Assembly (NCBI GenBank): GCA_965213925.1
Contig: OZ243927.1
Span: 3,776,001 to 3,840,000 of the forward strand
Source: Trueperaceae bacterium
GTDB lineage: Bacteria; Deinococcota; Deinococci; Deinococcales; Trueperaceae
Reading direction: 5' to 3'
DNA length: 64,000 nt
The notes under the pieces were generated by a model. It had not been told where the DNA came from, did not search any database, and saw only the letters and a list, made by a program, of their open reading frames with translations. How positions within the stretch are numbered: position 1 is the first letter of the stretch; each line of letters begins with the position of its first letter. This document shows positions 1 through 10,056 of this stretch, one piece after another. A program made the translations under genes and the position numbers.

Positions 1-1003
1 GCACGTAGAGGAGCGTACACGTCGCCGCCGCACCGTCTCGCCCGGCGCGTCCGGCTTCTTGGTAATAGGATTCTAAGGTTCCCGGCATCTGATAGTGCAG
101 CACGAAGCGCACGTCCGGCTTGTCCACGCCCATCCCGAAAGCGTTCGTCGCGACCATGAGGTCGAGCGTTCCGCTCAAGAAGGCATCTTGGACGTCAGCC
201 CTGGTGGGTGCGTCGTAGCCGCCGTGGTAGCTTGCGCTCCGCCAACCCCAACGTGCTACCTCTTGACTCAGCACCTCCGTCTCCTTGCGCGTACCCGCGT
301 AGATAATACCCGGACCCTCCTGTCGCTCCAAAAACGCTTTCAGCAGCGCAGATTTCGCCGTCCGAGTGGGCGCAGCCCATACGCGGTAGGTGAGGTTGGG
401 GCGGTCGAAGCCCGTGGCGACACGCACCGGCTGCTGCAAGTCGAGAACGCTAATGATGTCTTCTTGAACCCTCGTCGTCGCGGTCGCGGTGAGCGCAGTG
501 ACGCTCGGGCAGCCCAACGCTTCGCGAAACGCACCTAGCTCGCGGTAGTCGGGGCGAAAGTCGTGCCCCCATTCCGAGATGCAGTGCGCTTCGTCCACGA
601 CCAACCTGACGACGTTGACACGTTTTAGCGTCGCTACAAAGTCAGGATTCGCCAGTCGTTCCGGCGCGAGATAAAGCAGCGAAAGCTCGCTCAAGTTGCG
701 CAGCGCGGCGCGCTGCTCGGCTGCCGAGAGCGAACTGTTGAGCGCCGCCGCCGGGATACCCCTAGCGCGGAGCGCGTCCACTTGGTCTTTCATCAGCGCG
801 ATAAGCGGGCTCACCACGAGCGTCAAGCCGGGCGCGGCGAGCGCGGGAAGCTGGTACGTCAGCGATTTCCCCGCGCCCGTCGGCATAACGGCGAGCACGT
901 CACGCCCGACCAAGGCAGCGGCAACGACCTCTTCCTGACCGGGGCGAAAGGAGGAAAACCCGAAGTAGCGGCGCAGAAGGGCTTCAGCGGTGCCTAATCT
1001 CAT
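1..1003 (-). CDS. recQ: RecQ family ATP-dependent DNA helicase (5' part; runs off window start)
   Basis: Minus-strand translation MRLGTAEALLRRYFGFSSFRPGQEEVV...MPTGAGKSLTYQLP...VVDEAHCISEWGHDFRP is the RecQ N-terminus with motifs I and II. TAGACT lies 7 nt before the ATG (leaderless). Confidence 0.9.
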   Translation of the reverse strand, partial: MRLGTAEALLRRYFGFSSFRPGQEEVVAAALVGRDVLAVMPTGAGKSLTYQLPALAAPGLTLVVSPLIALMKDQVDALRARGIPAAALNSSLSAAEQRAALRNLSELSLLYLAPERLANPDFVATLKRVNVVRLVVDEAHCISEWGHDFRPDYRELGAFREALGCPSVTALTATATTRVQEDIISVLDLQQPVRVATGFDRPNLTYRVWAAPTRTAKSALLKAFLERQEGPGIIYAGTRKETEVLSQEVARWGWRSASYHGGYDAPTRADVQDAFLSGTLDLMVATNAFGMGVDKPDVRFVLHYQMPGTLESYYQEAGRAGRDGAAATCTLLYV

Positions 1004-1079
1004 CGGCATCAGTCTAACAGCGCGCCGCGCGGGGAGGTGTGGCGGGTTGGGCATCCGACGCAAAGAAGCGTGGTTCAGT

Positions 1080-2174
1080 TTAGGGAAGCTGCGCGGTACG
1101 CTCTAAAAAGGGCAGCGGGTCCACCGCTTTGCCGTCGATACGCACCTCAAAGTGCAGGTGCGAGCCCGTCGCTGTCCCTGTCGCACCGACCTTTGCGAGA
1201 AGCTGACCCGCGCGGACGGGCGTGCCGACGCTCACGAGCAGCTCCGAAGCGTGCGCGTAGTAGTACTCGATATTACCCGACGTGACGATAACGGTGTTGC
1301 CGTAGCCCGTGCGCCAGCCGCTATAGGTGACGGTGCCCGGCATCGCAGCGACGATAGGGTCGCCCGTCACGCCGTCTACGTCGAGACCGTAGTGATATGT
1401 CTGCCCGAAGAGGTAGCGCGGCCCGAAGCTCGAGGTGATGGGTCCCACGATAGGCCAAACCATGCCCGAGGTTGCACCGGGAAATGCGGTCGCCGTGTCG
1501 GTCGGCACCGAGAGCCGCTGACCGGGGTTGAGAACGTCACTGACGAGGTCGTTCTCCCGCATGAGCGCCTCTACCGTCGTGCCGTTACGCTCGGCGATCT
1601 CCGCGAGCGACTCGCCCGCCGCGACGGTTACAGAAGGCGCAGCGCCGCCCCCTTGGTCCGCTTCGTTGGCGTAGTGACCGGGGATGGTGAGTCTGTCGCC
1701 CGGATTGAGGGAGGCTTGGTCGGGGAGCCCGTTCGCCTCGCTCAGCGCCGTCACGTCCACGCCGAAACGCCCCGCGATAACCCAGAGCGACTCGCCCGGT
1801 TCGACCGTCACCACTAAAGGTGCAGCCGTTCCGCTCAATTTGAGCCGCTGCCCGACCGCGAGGTCCGTGCTCCGCAAACCGTTAAGCGCGACGAGCGCGT
1901 TCACCGTCGTTCCCGCTGAGGCGGCAATCTGACTGAGGGTGTCGCCGGGCTGCACGACGTAGCTCGTATCCAAGCTCGGCATTTGCAAAACTGCGCCGAC
2001 CATGAGGTCGGTGCCCGACAAATTGTTCGTTTCTAAGATGACTTCGGGCGTCGTCCCATAACGTTGCGCGAGACTACTAAGCGTATCACCCTGTTGAACG
2101 ACGACTTCTTGCGCGTGAGAGGCGAGGAAAAGCAAAGCGGACACGAGTATAGGAGCAAGTCGAAGCGCTAACAT
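1080..2174 (-). CDS. Secreted LysM (x4) + M23 metallopeptidase (peptidoglycan hydrolase)
   Basis: Signal peptide, four LysM-like repeats (VQQGDTLSSLAQRYG etc.), HYGLD and HLHFE M23 motifs. Confidence 0.9.
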   Translation of the reverse strand: MLALRLAPILVSALLFLASHAQEVVVQQGDTLSSLAQRYGTTPEVILETNNLSGTDLMVGAVLQMPSLDTSYVVQPGDTLSQIAASAGTTVNALVALNGLRSTDLAVGQRLKLSGTAAPLVVTVEPGESLWVIAGRFGVDVTALSEANGLPDQASLNPGDRLTIPGHYANEADQGGGAAPSVTVAAGESLAEIAERNGTTVEALMRENDLVSDVLNPGQRLSVPTDTATAFPGATSGMVWPIVGPITSSFGPRYLFGQTYHYGLDVDGVTGDPIVAAMPGTVTYSGWRTGYGNTVIVTSGNIEYYYAHASELLVSVGTPVRAGQLLAKVGATGTATGSHLHFEVRIDGKAVDPLPFLERTAQLP

Positions 2175-2264
2175 CGTGAGCAGTGTAACAAATAAATGAT
2201 GAGAAGTGAAGTTTCGTACATTTTCGTCTCATCCGGGAGACTTGAGAATAGTGTAGAAGCGCCC

Positions 2265-3146
2265 TCACTTCAAGCTGCCATCTAACGTGAGCAACCCCTT
2301 GTAAAGCTCCGGTCTGCGGTCCCGAAAAAATCCGAAGCCAGCCCGAAAGGTCTGCGCTTTAGCGAAGTCTAAGTCAGCGTAGACAACCATCTCGGACGAC
2401 TCATCCGCTTCGGCGAGCGTTTCGCCCGTGTAATCGCTGACGAAGGAGCCGCCGTAGAAGGTCGCCTCACCCTCCCTTCCAACGCGGTTCGCCGCCGCCA
2501 CATAGCACGAATTCGAGACCGCGTGCCCCACCATCGCCCGCTGCCACATCGCCTTGGTTTCGAGGGGCGGCGTCTCGAGCCCCCCCGCTTCTTGCGGCTC
2601 CGAGCCTATAGCCGTCGGGTAGAGCAAGAGGTCCGCGCCCTGGAGCGCCATCGCCCGCGCCGCCTCGGGGAACCACTGGTCCCAACAGATCGCCACGCCG
2701 ACCACGCCGAACTTCGTGCGCCACGCTTTGAAGCCCGTGTCGCCCACGTTGAAGTAATACTTCTCCTCATAGCCCGGACCGTCGGGGATATGGCTCTTGC
2801 GGTACACGCCTAAGTTCGTGCCGTCTGCGTCGAATATCATCAGCGAATTGAAATAGGTCTGATTCGCCTTCTCGAAGAAGGAAACGGGGAGGACGACGCC
2901 CAGCTCTTCAGCAAGTGCTCCGAACCTCTCCAGAAAGGGATGTCCTTCAATTGGATGCGCTAAGGCGAAGAGGTCTTCGCGCTCGAGCTGCGGAAAGTAA
3001 AGGCTCTCGAAGAGTTCTTGCAGCAAGACGATGTTCGCGCCCCCCGAAGCCGCTTCGCGCACCATGCGCTCAGCTTTGGCGAGGTTCGTCTCCAAGTCGT
3101 CCGAGCATGACATCTGAACCACGGCGAGTTTCACGTTATCCGCCAT
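2265..3146 (-). CDS. aguB: N-carbamoylputrescine amidase
   Basis: Nitrilase-family E-K-C triad (LQELF, RKSHIPDGPGYEEKYYF, ICWDQWFPE); overlaps aguA. Confidence 0.9.
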   Translation of the reverse strand: MADNVKLAVVQMSCSDDLETNLAKAERMVREAASGGANIVLLQELFESLYFPQLEREDLFALAHPIEGHPFLERFGALAEELGVVLPVSFFEKANQTYFNSLMIFDADGTNLGVYRKSHIPDGPGYEEKYYFNVGDTGFKAWRTKFGVVGVAICWDQWFPEAARAMALQGADLLLYPTAIGSEPQEAGGLETPPLETKAMWQRAMVGHAVSNSCYVAAANRVGREGEATFYGGSFVSDYTGETLAEADESSEMVVYADLDFAKAQTFRAGFGFFRDRRPELYKGLLTLDGSLK

Positions 3147-4209
3147 AGACTTCTCCCTCGGGCTGCTGCTGCGTGACGCAGTGAAACGCGCCGCCGCCCG
3201 TAATCAAACTCGTCGCCTTTAAGCCGATGACCTCTCGGTTGGGAAAAAGAGGTCGTACAATCTCTAGGGCTCGTTCGTCGTTCGCGTCGTCGTAGATAGG
3301 GACGATAACGAAGCCGTTACCAACGTAGAAATTCGCATACGTCAGAGGCAAACGCACGCCGTCAAGCTCCTTGCGCTTTTGTGGCAGTGGCAGTTCGACG
3401 ATCTTGTAGGGATTGCCCTCGCCGTTGCGCAAGGTCTGAAGAAGCGAGAGGTTGTGCTGCATCGCCTTAAAGTTCGCGTCGTCCTCGTCTTCTTCTGCCG
3501 AGCAGAGGATCGTTTGGTCATCCGTAAAACGAATGATGGTGTCGATATGACCGTCCGTGTGGTCGCCCTCGAGCCCCGCCTCCAACCAAATCAGATGCTT
3601 GATTCCTAAGGCGTCACGCAGCACGACCTCAATCTCGCGTTGCGTCATGTTCGGGTTGCGGTGCTGCGATAATAGACACGAGCGCGTGGTGAGACACACC
3701 CCTCGACCGTTGAGTTCTAACGCGCCGCCCTCCATGATCTGCGGCAGCGCGAACCGCTTCATTCTCAGAAACTCGGCTACCTTTTGCGGCGCTCGGTCGT
3801 CGTCATCCCAGGGGCTATACTTCTCGCCCCAAGCGTTGAAGGTCCAGTCAGTCAGCGCCACCTTTCCTTCGGCGTTCTTCACGAAGAGAGGGCCGTTGTC
3901 ACGAAACCACACGTCATTTAAGGGAACGCGGTGAAAGGTGATGTTCTCTAAGCCGTTCTCAGTTCTCCCCAAACGCCTGCGCGCGTCCGCTTCGACCTCT
4001 TCGTCTCGCACGTTGAGTACTACAGGTTCGAAGCGCGCGACCGTCGCGATGAGCTGCGTGAACTCCTCGCGCACCCCTTCTAAATGTCCTTCCCACAAGT
4101 CGTCGTCGAAGGGAAAGCTCGTCCAGGTCGCGGCGTGGGGCGTCCACTCGGCGGGCATAGCGAAGCCCTGAGCGGCGGGTGATTCGGTTTTGTTCTTGCT
4201 TGTAGTCAC
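3136..4209 (-). CDS. aguA: Agmatine deiminase
   Basis: MPAEW, WFRDNGP, MEGG, DHTDGHID and GGGAFHCVTQQ motifs. Confidence 0.92.
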   Translation of the reverse strand: MTTSKNKTESPAAQGFAMPAEWTPHAATWTSFPFDDDLWEGHLEGVREEFTQLIATVARFEPVVLNVRDEEVEADARRRLGRTENGLENITFHRVPLNDVWFRDNGPLFVKNAEGKVALTDWTFNAWGEKYSPWDDDDRAPQKVAEFLRMKRFALPQIMEGGALELNGRGVCLTTRSCLLSQHRNPNMTQREIEVVLRDALGIKHLIWLEAGLEGDHTDGHIDTIIRFTDDQTILCSAEEDEDDANFKAMQHNLSLLQTLRNGEGNPYKIVELPLPQKRKELDGVRLPLTYANFYVGNGFVIVPIYDDANDERALEIVRPLFPNREVIGLKATSLITGGGAFHCVTQQQPEGEVYGG

Positions 4210-4371
4210 TAGCGTTCAACTCCCAAAGGCGCAGAATAACGCGGCAGGAGTCGCGGGGCTGAAAGTTGGAACACGAGTCAACCGATTGGTTTTGTAGCGC
4301 AAACCTTTCAAGAACGGATTTGAAACCTGCCCTTACGCCGCTGCCTCGTTCACGCCTTTACACGGCGTTGT

Positions 4372-4399
4372 GTAGGGGTGATTCATGAATCACCCCTAC
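4372..4399. repeat. GTAG-type REP palindrome
   Basis: Perfect palindrome GTAGGGGTGATTCATGAATCACCCCTAC; relatives at 29905 and 35111. Confidence 0.8.
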
Positions 4400-4502
4400 G
4401 GATGAGCTGTAATCCTGATGCGCTGAGATGCTGACAAGCTGACTGGCCGCCTATGGTAAAACCTAGTGACATTCGCTTTTACTCTACTTGGGAGGCACAG
4501 TT

Positions 4503-5258
4503 GTGACACGCACCGCACTGATTACAGGGGGCTCGAGCGGCATCGGCAAGGCTTGCGCCGAAGCGCTCAGCAAAGATGGTATCAACATCGCTATCGCCGA
4601 CATCAACGAGGAGAAAGGGCAAGAGGTCGCCTCGGACTTAGACGGCGTCTTCATCAGTGCCGACCTGACGAACCGCGAGGGGTGCAAAGAGGCGGTGGAT
4701 AAAACCGTCCAGCATTACGAGGGTCTCGATATTTTGGTCAATAACGCGGGCTTTCAAAACATCGACCCCATCCCCGACTTCCCCGAAGACACTTGGGAGG
4801 ATATGATTGCGCTCATGCTCACCGCGCCCTTCTTGCTCAGCAAATACGCTTGGGCGCACCTCATCAAGTCGGGACACGGGCGCATCGTGAATATCGGCAG
4901 CGCGCATTCGCTGGTGGCGAGCCCCTACAAGGTTGCGTATATAACCGCGAAGCACGGACTCATGGGCTTTACGAAGGTGGCGGCGCTCGAGGGCGGCGAG
5001 CACGGCGTCACCTGTAACACGGTCTGCCCCGCCTACGTGCGCACGCCTTTAGTCGAGAAGCAGATCGAAGATCAAGCGAGAACGAGAGGCATAAGACCTG
5101 AAGAGGTCGAGGAGAAGGTGCTTTTGGAGCACACCGCGATTAAAAAGCTCTTAGAGCCCGAAGATGTCGGCGGTTACGTCTCGTATCTCTGCTCAGAGGG
5201 CGCGTGGGGGATTACGGGGACGGCGCAGACGATGGATTTGGGGTGGACAGCGAGTTAA
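4503..5258 (+). CDS. bdhA: 3-hydroxybutyrate dehydrogenase (SDR)
   Basis: [48 protein letters not shown] before the GTG at 4503. Confidence 0.85.
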   Translation: MTRTALITGGSSGIGKACAEALSKDGINIAIADINEEKGQEVASDLDGVFISADLTNREGCKEAVDKTVQHYEGLDILVNNAGFQNIDPIPDFPEDTWEDMIALMLTAPFLLSKYAWAHLIKSGHGRIVNIGSAHSLVASPYKVAYITAKHGLMGFTKVAALEGGEHGVTCNTVCPAYVRTPLVEKQIEDQARTRGIRPEEVEEKVLLEHTAIKKLLEPEDVGGYVSYLCSEGAWGITGTAQTMDLGWTAS

Positions 5259-5593
5259 AGTTGAGGCAACAAGCGCCGTAAGGTTTCCGTAACACCCTCT
5301 TCATCCTGCGGCGCAAGTTGACCTATCGTGCCATGAATGAGCCGATGGTCGAGCGTGAAGAGCTTCATGCGTACCACTGAAGGCGCAGGGAGTCCTGCTG
5401 CTGCTAAATCTTGTATCGCAACATCGAACGCCCACGGTGCATTTTTCTGACTCGTAATCATCGCCATCACACTGTGCCCTGCTGCGTCACCAAATTCCGC
5501 TGACGAGAGAACGAGTGCAGGGCGACGTTTAGAAACGTTACGGTCTGTGAATGGGAAGGGGACGACGACAGTTTGAAAGGGTTTGTAGCTCAT
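5255..5593 (-). CDS. PemK/MazF family toxin
   Basis: [22 protein letters not shown] motifs; downstream of an AbrB-type antitoxin. Confidence 0.88.
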   Translation of the reverse strand: MSYKPFQTVVVPFPFTDRNVSKRRPALVLSSAEFGDAAGHSVMAMITSQKNAPWAFDVAIQDLAAAGLPAPSVVRMKLFTLDHRLIHGTIGQLAPQDEEGVTETLRRLLPQL

Positions 5594-5596
5594 CTC

Positions 5597-5839
5597 CTAC
5601 AAGTCGCTGTAAGCGTCGTCGTCGTGCTCGCTATTCCATTCGCTCAGCGTCGTTTCTAAATTCTCCAAGTATGCAAGGTCGAGCGGGGTCACTTTGCGCA
5701 AGATGACCTCTTCACCTTCAACGTGAAACGAGATGGTGTCTCCCGCTTTAAGATCTAACTTCTCACGAATCGCGCTCGGGACGGTAGCTTGAAATTTACT
5801 GGTTAGCCTCGAGGTAGGGTCAATTCGTCTGAGCTTCAT
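5597..5839 (-). CDS. AbrB/MazE family antitoxin
   Basis: SRLTSKFQATVPSAIREKLDLKAGD AbrB fold with acidic C-terminus. Confidence 0.85.
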   Translation of the reverse strand: MKLRRIDPTSRLTSKFQATVPSAIREKLDLKAGDTISFHVEGEEVILRKVTPLDLAYLENLETTLSEWNSEHDDDAYSDL

Positions 5840-5841
5840 AA

Positions 5842-5856
5842 GTAATACTGTATTAC
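5842..5856. promoter_or_regulatory. Probable TA auto-repression operator
   Basis: Palindrome GTAATACTGTATTAC immediately upstream of the antitoxin ATG. Confidence 0.6.
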
Positions 5857-5956
5857 GTATTACACTCAAAAGCAAGAGGAACGCTCGCGCACACGCCTAT
5901 TTCTTCAAACGAGGTATACTGAATCTGCGCTTACCGCGCCCGCTGCTGAGAAGGAC

Positions 5957-6072
5957 TTTAGTGGTTTCATATCTTACCGAGCGAAACTGTCGCAAGTATC
6001 ATCCCTGAATGTGGATGTAAAAGCGATGCTTTGTTCAGTGAGTCTGGCTCTGACCAGATGATACCTGCTATC
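5957..6072 (-). repeat. ~115 bp intergenic repeat, diverged copy
   Basis: Reverse complement TAGCAGGTATCATCTGGTCAGAGCCA...CACATTCAGGGATGATACTTGCG...GCTCGGT aligns by eye with the copies at 9077, 18239, 29760 and 58056. Confidence 0.7.
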
Positions 6073-6262
6073 TCCAGGCGTTGCCCAACCGGCCACCAGC
6101 AGCGGAACGTCAAAACAATGGGAGCCCAACATGTCCACGAAAACTTAGCGGTCATTTTTTCCAGATAGGCTTGTCCTTTGGTCTCTGTGCTGTTGTAGCT
6201 CGAGACCTTCACCCCGTCGTCTGACATTTTTCGGAATGTCTGGGTAGGCGGCACATTCGCTT

Positions 6263-7642
6263 ATGAGGGAAAAGATGACAACACCATCATTACGCCCTGT
6301 AACTACGGTAGATGACGCCATCGAGCGCATCGGTTTAGGACGCTTTCAGTGGCGGCTTTTAGGCATCAATGGGCTAGTCTGGGCGACGGACGCGATGGAA
6401 GTCTTGATTTTAGGCTTCGCCATCCCTTCGCTCATCGTTGGCTTAGGCATTTCGGGCGTCCAAGCGGGCTACGTCGGCTCGGTCTTTTTCGGCGGGATGC
6501 TCGTCGGTGCGTGGGGCTTTGGCGTCTTAGCGGACAAGTTTGGGCGCAGGCGCATCTTTTTAATCACCGTTCTACTCGACGCCGTATTCGGTTTGCTCTC
6601 GGCGTTCTCGCCCAACCTCTTGTTCCTGCTCGTGTTCCGCTTTCTGACAGGCGCGGCGGTAGGGGGCACGCTGCCCGTGGATTACGCGGTGATGGCGGAG
6701 TATCTGCCGAGTAAGGTGCGCGGTCGGTTTTTGGTCTATCTCGAGGCGTTCTGGGCGCTCGGCACGCTCCTCATCGCCCTCATCGCCTGGGGTATCGTCC
6801 CCGCACTGCCCGACACTGGCTGGCGCTGGCTCTTCGCAATATCGGCGCTTCCGGGGCTCTTGGGCTTTTTCTTGCGGCTCTGGGTGCCCGAGTCGCCACG
6901 CTACCTCTTGCTGACAGGTCGCAAAGAGGAGGCGAAAGAGGTCCTTCAGAAGGTCGCAGACATCAATCAGGTCGAGGTCGAAATCGGTGATTTACAAGTA
7001 CAGAAGCGCACGACGACTTCGACCACCGCCGCACTCTTTGGTGGTGTTTTGCGGCGGCGCACCCTGCTCCTTTCAATCATGTGGTTTGGGCTTTCGCTCG
7101 GCTACTACGGCATCTTCGCGTGGTTGCCGCGCATCTTTGTTGAAGAGGGCTTCGCGTTTGTAAGAGGCTACGGCTACTTGGTTCTTCTGGCGCTCGCGCA
7201 GCTACCGGGCTACGCGCTCTCGGCGTACCTCTTGGAGCGCATCGGCAGACGCAGCACGCTCGCGGTGTTTCTCTTCGGCAGCGCCGCCGCCAGCATGATG
7301 TTCGCCCTCGCGACCTCTTCGGCGCTCATCGTGGGCGGCAGTATGCTGCTGAGCTTTTCGCTCTTAGGCGCGTGGGGTGCGCTCTACGCCTACACGCCCG
7401 AAGCGTATCCGACGGAGGTTCGTGCGACAGGCATGGGCTGGGCTGGCGCGATGGCGCGGGCGGCAGGCATCTTCGCCGCACCTTTAGGCGGCTACCTGCT
7501 CACGCTCTCGCTCCCGCTTGCGCTCAGCGTGTACGCGGTGAGTTTGGCAGTGGCGGGTAGCGCGGCTCTCCTTATGAGCCAGAACACGACGGGTAAACCG
7601 CTCAGTGACAGGGTACTAGGGGCGTCCGCAGGAGCGGATTAA
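6263..7642 (+). CDS. MFS transporter (sugar porter/SV2/NiaP-like)
   Basis: About 12 hydrophobic segments, ADKFGRR motif A, PESPRYL, YTPEAYPT. Confidence 0.88.
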   Translation: MREKMTTPSLRPVTTVDDAIERIGLGRFQWRLLGINGLVWATDAMEVLILGFAIPSLIVGLGISGVQAGYVGSVFFGGMLVGAWGFGVLADKFGRRRIFLITVLLDAVFGLLSAFSPNLLFLLVFRFLTGAAVGGTLPVDYAVMAEYLPSKVRGRFLVYLEAFWALGTLLIALIAWGIVPALPDTGWRWLFAISALPGLLGFFLRLWVPESPRYLLLTGRKEEAKEVLQKVADINQVEVEIGDLQVQKRTTTSTTAALFGGVLRRRTLLLSIMWFGLSLGYYGIFAWLPRIFVEEGFAFVRGYGYLVLLALAQLPGYALSAYLLERIGRRSTLAVFLFGSAAASMMFALATSSALIVGGSMLLSFSLLGAWGALYAYTPEAYPTEVRATGMGWAGAMARAAGIFAAPLGGYLLTLSLPLALSVYAVSLAVAGSAALLMSQNTTGKPLSDRVLGASAGAD

Positions 7643-7779
7643 GTTGGATGAGGTCTCGAGCCTCACTCCTAAACGATCTAGGATAAAGGTGTCCCGTTTT
7701 GTGTGCAGACTGACATGCAACTAAATCGCCTATAGGCGCAGCACAATCTACACAAAACGTGGTACACCGCTCAATAAAA

Positions 7780-7807
7780 AAGAGGTGAGGACAAATCCTC
7801 ACCTCTT
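7780..7807. terminator. Hairpin between convergent genes
   Basis: AAGAGGTGAGGA-CAAA-TCCTCACCTCTT preceded by an A-run, so U-tail on the minus strand. Confidence 0.7.
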
Positions 7808-7827
7808 GAAATTCAAAATCCGTGCGG

Positions 7828-8196
7828 TTAAGCCGCCACCGCCTCCGCCATCTGCGGCAAGAGCTTGCGGAGCCCGAACCGCGCCCGCCCCATATCGCTC
7901 GCCGAGCCGAGCGTCACGACGGCGACGTAGCCTTCGCCTATCGCGCCGTCTAAAGGCGTAATCAGGACCGGACCCTCATCGAATTCGATCATCGTTTGCG
8001 TGATTTCACCTTCACCTAAAAGTTCAGCTAAAACGCGACTCGACGCCATGCCACTCGTGATCAGCCCGCCTATAAAGCTCAGGTCCTGCCCGGTGCTCGA
8101 GGCTCCCTCGACGAGCTTGCCGTCTTGTCCTACCACCGCCGCGCTCGTGACGCCTTTGATAGCGAGAGCTTCGTTCAACAGTTCAGCTAAGTTCAT
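7828..8196 (-). CDS. Roadblock/LC7 (MglB-like) protein
   Basis: KGVTSAAVVGQDGKLV...QTMIEFDEG...MGRARF pattern, 122 aa. Confidence 0.8.
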   Translation of the reverse strand: MNLAELLNEALAIKGVTSAAVVGQDGKLVEGASSTGQDLSFIGGLITSGMASSRVLAELLGEGEITQTMIEFDEGPVLITPLDGAIGEGYVAVVTLGSASDMGRARFGLRKLLPQMAEAVAA

Positions 8197-8542
8197 ACGC
8201 CGCTCCTAAAGCGCTCTCTAGCTGCGCCTTCGTCTTGCCGATCATCTCAGCAGCAGCCGCGCTATCTTTTTCCTCGAAGACCGCGACGAGTACGTGACTC
8301 TCTAGCGGCACGATAAACGCTTCTAAGTCCTCTAAGGAAACGCATACACGGCTCGCTGCGCCTAGCTCGAGCGACGCAAACCCCCGCCGCGCTACGTTCG
8401 CCACCGTCGCGAGTTCTGCGGCGAAAGCGTCCGAGTTGTCGTAGCCGATGACCTCGACGGGCACGCCGTCGTCCGCCAACACCGCCAGCGTGACGAGACC
8501 GTCCAGCGTCAAAAGAGGCTTGAGCGCTTCTTTGAGGGTCAT
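8183..8542 (-). CDS. Roadblock/LC7 (MglB-like) protein
   Basis: DGLVTLAVLADDGVPVE...AFAAELAT pattern; overlaps both neighbours. Confidence 0.7.
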   Translation of the reverse strand: MTLKEALKPLLTLDGLVTLAVLADDGVPVEVIGYDNSDAFAAELATVANVARRGFASLELGAASRVCVSLEDLEAFIVPLESHVLVAVFEEKDSAAAAEMIGKTKAQLESALGAAYELS

Positions 8543-8901
8543 AGCAGCACCTCGCGAATCGCGCCACTCACTTGAGAGCTATAAAGCCGCGCTTTGCCCA
8601 AGTTGCCTGAGGCGCTCAGCACCACGAGGCAAAAGAGGTCATCTCCCAAGAGGCGCGTGTAGCCTACGACTTCGTCAGCGGAGACGATGACCTCTTTAAG
8701 ATCGCCACCCTCTAGCGCCTTCGAATAGGCGGCTTGGCTGAACGAGAGGAGGCTCGTTTGTTCAGCGGCGACGGCGGTGAGGTCGCGTTCATCGGCGGAG
8801 TACTGCTCAATAAGTAGACCGTCCATCCCGCCGACAGCAGCCGAGAGTGCACCGTCTACGTGGTTGACGAGGTAAGCGAGGATTTGGTCGAGGTCTTGCA
8901 C
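8539..8901 (-). CDS. Roadblock/LC7 (MglB-like) protein
   Basis: VDGALSAAVGGMDGLLIE...GNLGKARL; TACACT 6 nt before the GTG. Confidence 0.82.
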   Translation of the reverse strand: MQDLDQILAYLVNHVDGALSAAVGGMDGLLIEQYSADERDLTAVAAEQTSLLSFSQAAYSKALEGGDLKEVIVSADEVVGYTRLLGDDLFCLVVLSASGNLGKARLYSSQVSGAIREVLL

Positions 8902-9009
8902 TTAGAAAGTGTAACAAAGGGTTTCGCGCCCAGGCGTGTATTTTTCATCTTTGGGCTCGAGAAGGGTTATTACGGAAGGAGGATGTTAAGTTCTCTGCTT
9001 GAGGGAACG

Positions 9010-9078
9010 AGTAGTCAGTAGTCAGGTATCAGAATTCAGCATTTGCCTGCGAGCTGACTACTGAATTCTGATACCTAA
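9010..9078. repeat. Heptamer-based (STRR-like) inverted repeat
   Basis: AGTAGTC/AGTAGTC/AGGTATC/AGAATTC followed by complementary TGACTAC/TGAATTC/TGATACC units. Confidence 0.65.
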
Positions 9079-9192
9079 TAGCAGGTATCATCTGGTCAGA
9101 AACACTCTCACTGTAACGAACAGTGTTTAGTACGCACATTATAGAATGATGCCTGCGTCCATTCGTCTCAGTATATTTTGGAAGTGCCACTA
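9077..9192 (+). repeat. ~115 bp intergenic repeat, diverged copy
   Basis: ATAGCAGGTATCATCTGGTCAGA...CGCACATTATAGAATGATGCCTGCGT...CTCAGT...GAAGTGC. Confidence 0.7.
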
Positions 9193-9307
9193 ACTACTTG
9201 TTCCTACCTAACACATCTCACCCTCTCCCCTACCGGTTTATAGCGGACTACAGATTCAGTGCATCAGCGCACGTCCGGGTGAGCGCAAGGTGTTATGCTC
9301 GGTCCCG

Positions 9308-10033
9308 ATGAGTCAGCTTCACGTACAAGCCGAAAAGGATGACGTTGCCCCTTTCGTCCTCTTACCAGGCGACCCCGACCGCGCGACCTTTATCGCCGAA
9401 ACGTTCTTTGATAAGCCGAAGCTCTACAACGATTACCGCCAGCTTTTGGGCTACACGGGCACGTATAAAGGGATGCCAGTCTCTGTGCAGACAACAGGCA
9501 TGGGCTGCCCGAGCCTCGCTATCGTGGTTGAGGAGTTGGTCAGACTCGGCGCGAAGACGCTCGTGAGAGTCGGCACCTCGGGCATCATCAGCCGAGAGGT
9601 CGAGCCTGGTGACCTCATCGTGGCGACAGCGTCCGTGCCGCAAGACGGCACCACGCGGATGTACTTAGGCGGCGACCCTTACGCGCCCGCTGCCTCTTTC
9701 GGCGTAACGCGGGCTCTAGCCGAAGCTGGCGCAGGAAAGAATGTGCATGTCGGACTCATTCAGACCGAAGACGCCTTTTACGCCACCACACCGGACGATG
9801 TGGAAAGGTTGGAAGCGCGGGGCGTCCTAGGCGTAGAGATGGAAGCGTCGGCGCTCTTTTTGCTCGGCAAATTGCGCAAGGTCGAAACGGGCTGCGCGCT
9901 AGTCGCCTCGAACTACATCGGCGACCCGCAGTTTGTCGAGCCGGACGTGTTAAAAAGAAGTGTGAGCGAGATGGTGGAAGTCGCGTTGGGGGCGGGTCTC
10001 GCCCTCCACCAAAATCAGCAAAAATCCCTATAA
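9308..10033 (+). CDS. Purine/uridine nucleoside phosphorylase (DeoD/Udp family)
   Basis: LLPGDPDRA, TGMGCPS, RVGTSG, EDAFY and VEMEAS motifs. Confidence 0.85.
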   Translation: MSQLHVQAEKDDVAPFVLLPGDPDRATFIAETFFDKPKLYNDYRQLLGYTGTYKGMPVSVQTTGMGCPSLAIVVEELVRLGAKTLVRVGTSGIISREVEPGDLIVATASVPQDGTTRMYLGGDPYAPAASFGVTRALAEAGAGKNVHVGLIQTEDAFYATTPDDVERLEARGVLGVEMEASALFLLGKLRKVETGCALVASNYIGDPQFVEPDVLKRSVSEMVEVALGAGLALHQNQQKSL

Positions 10034-10056
10034 ATTCATCTATGTGAAGGAGTTTT

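Noticed and set aside
95..997. Plus-strand ORFs at the window start and similar long antisense ORFs (e.g. 1152-1817, 21049-21747, 54216-55082)
   Set aside because: Shadow frames opposite well-supported genes in GC-rich DNA.
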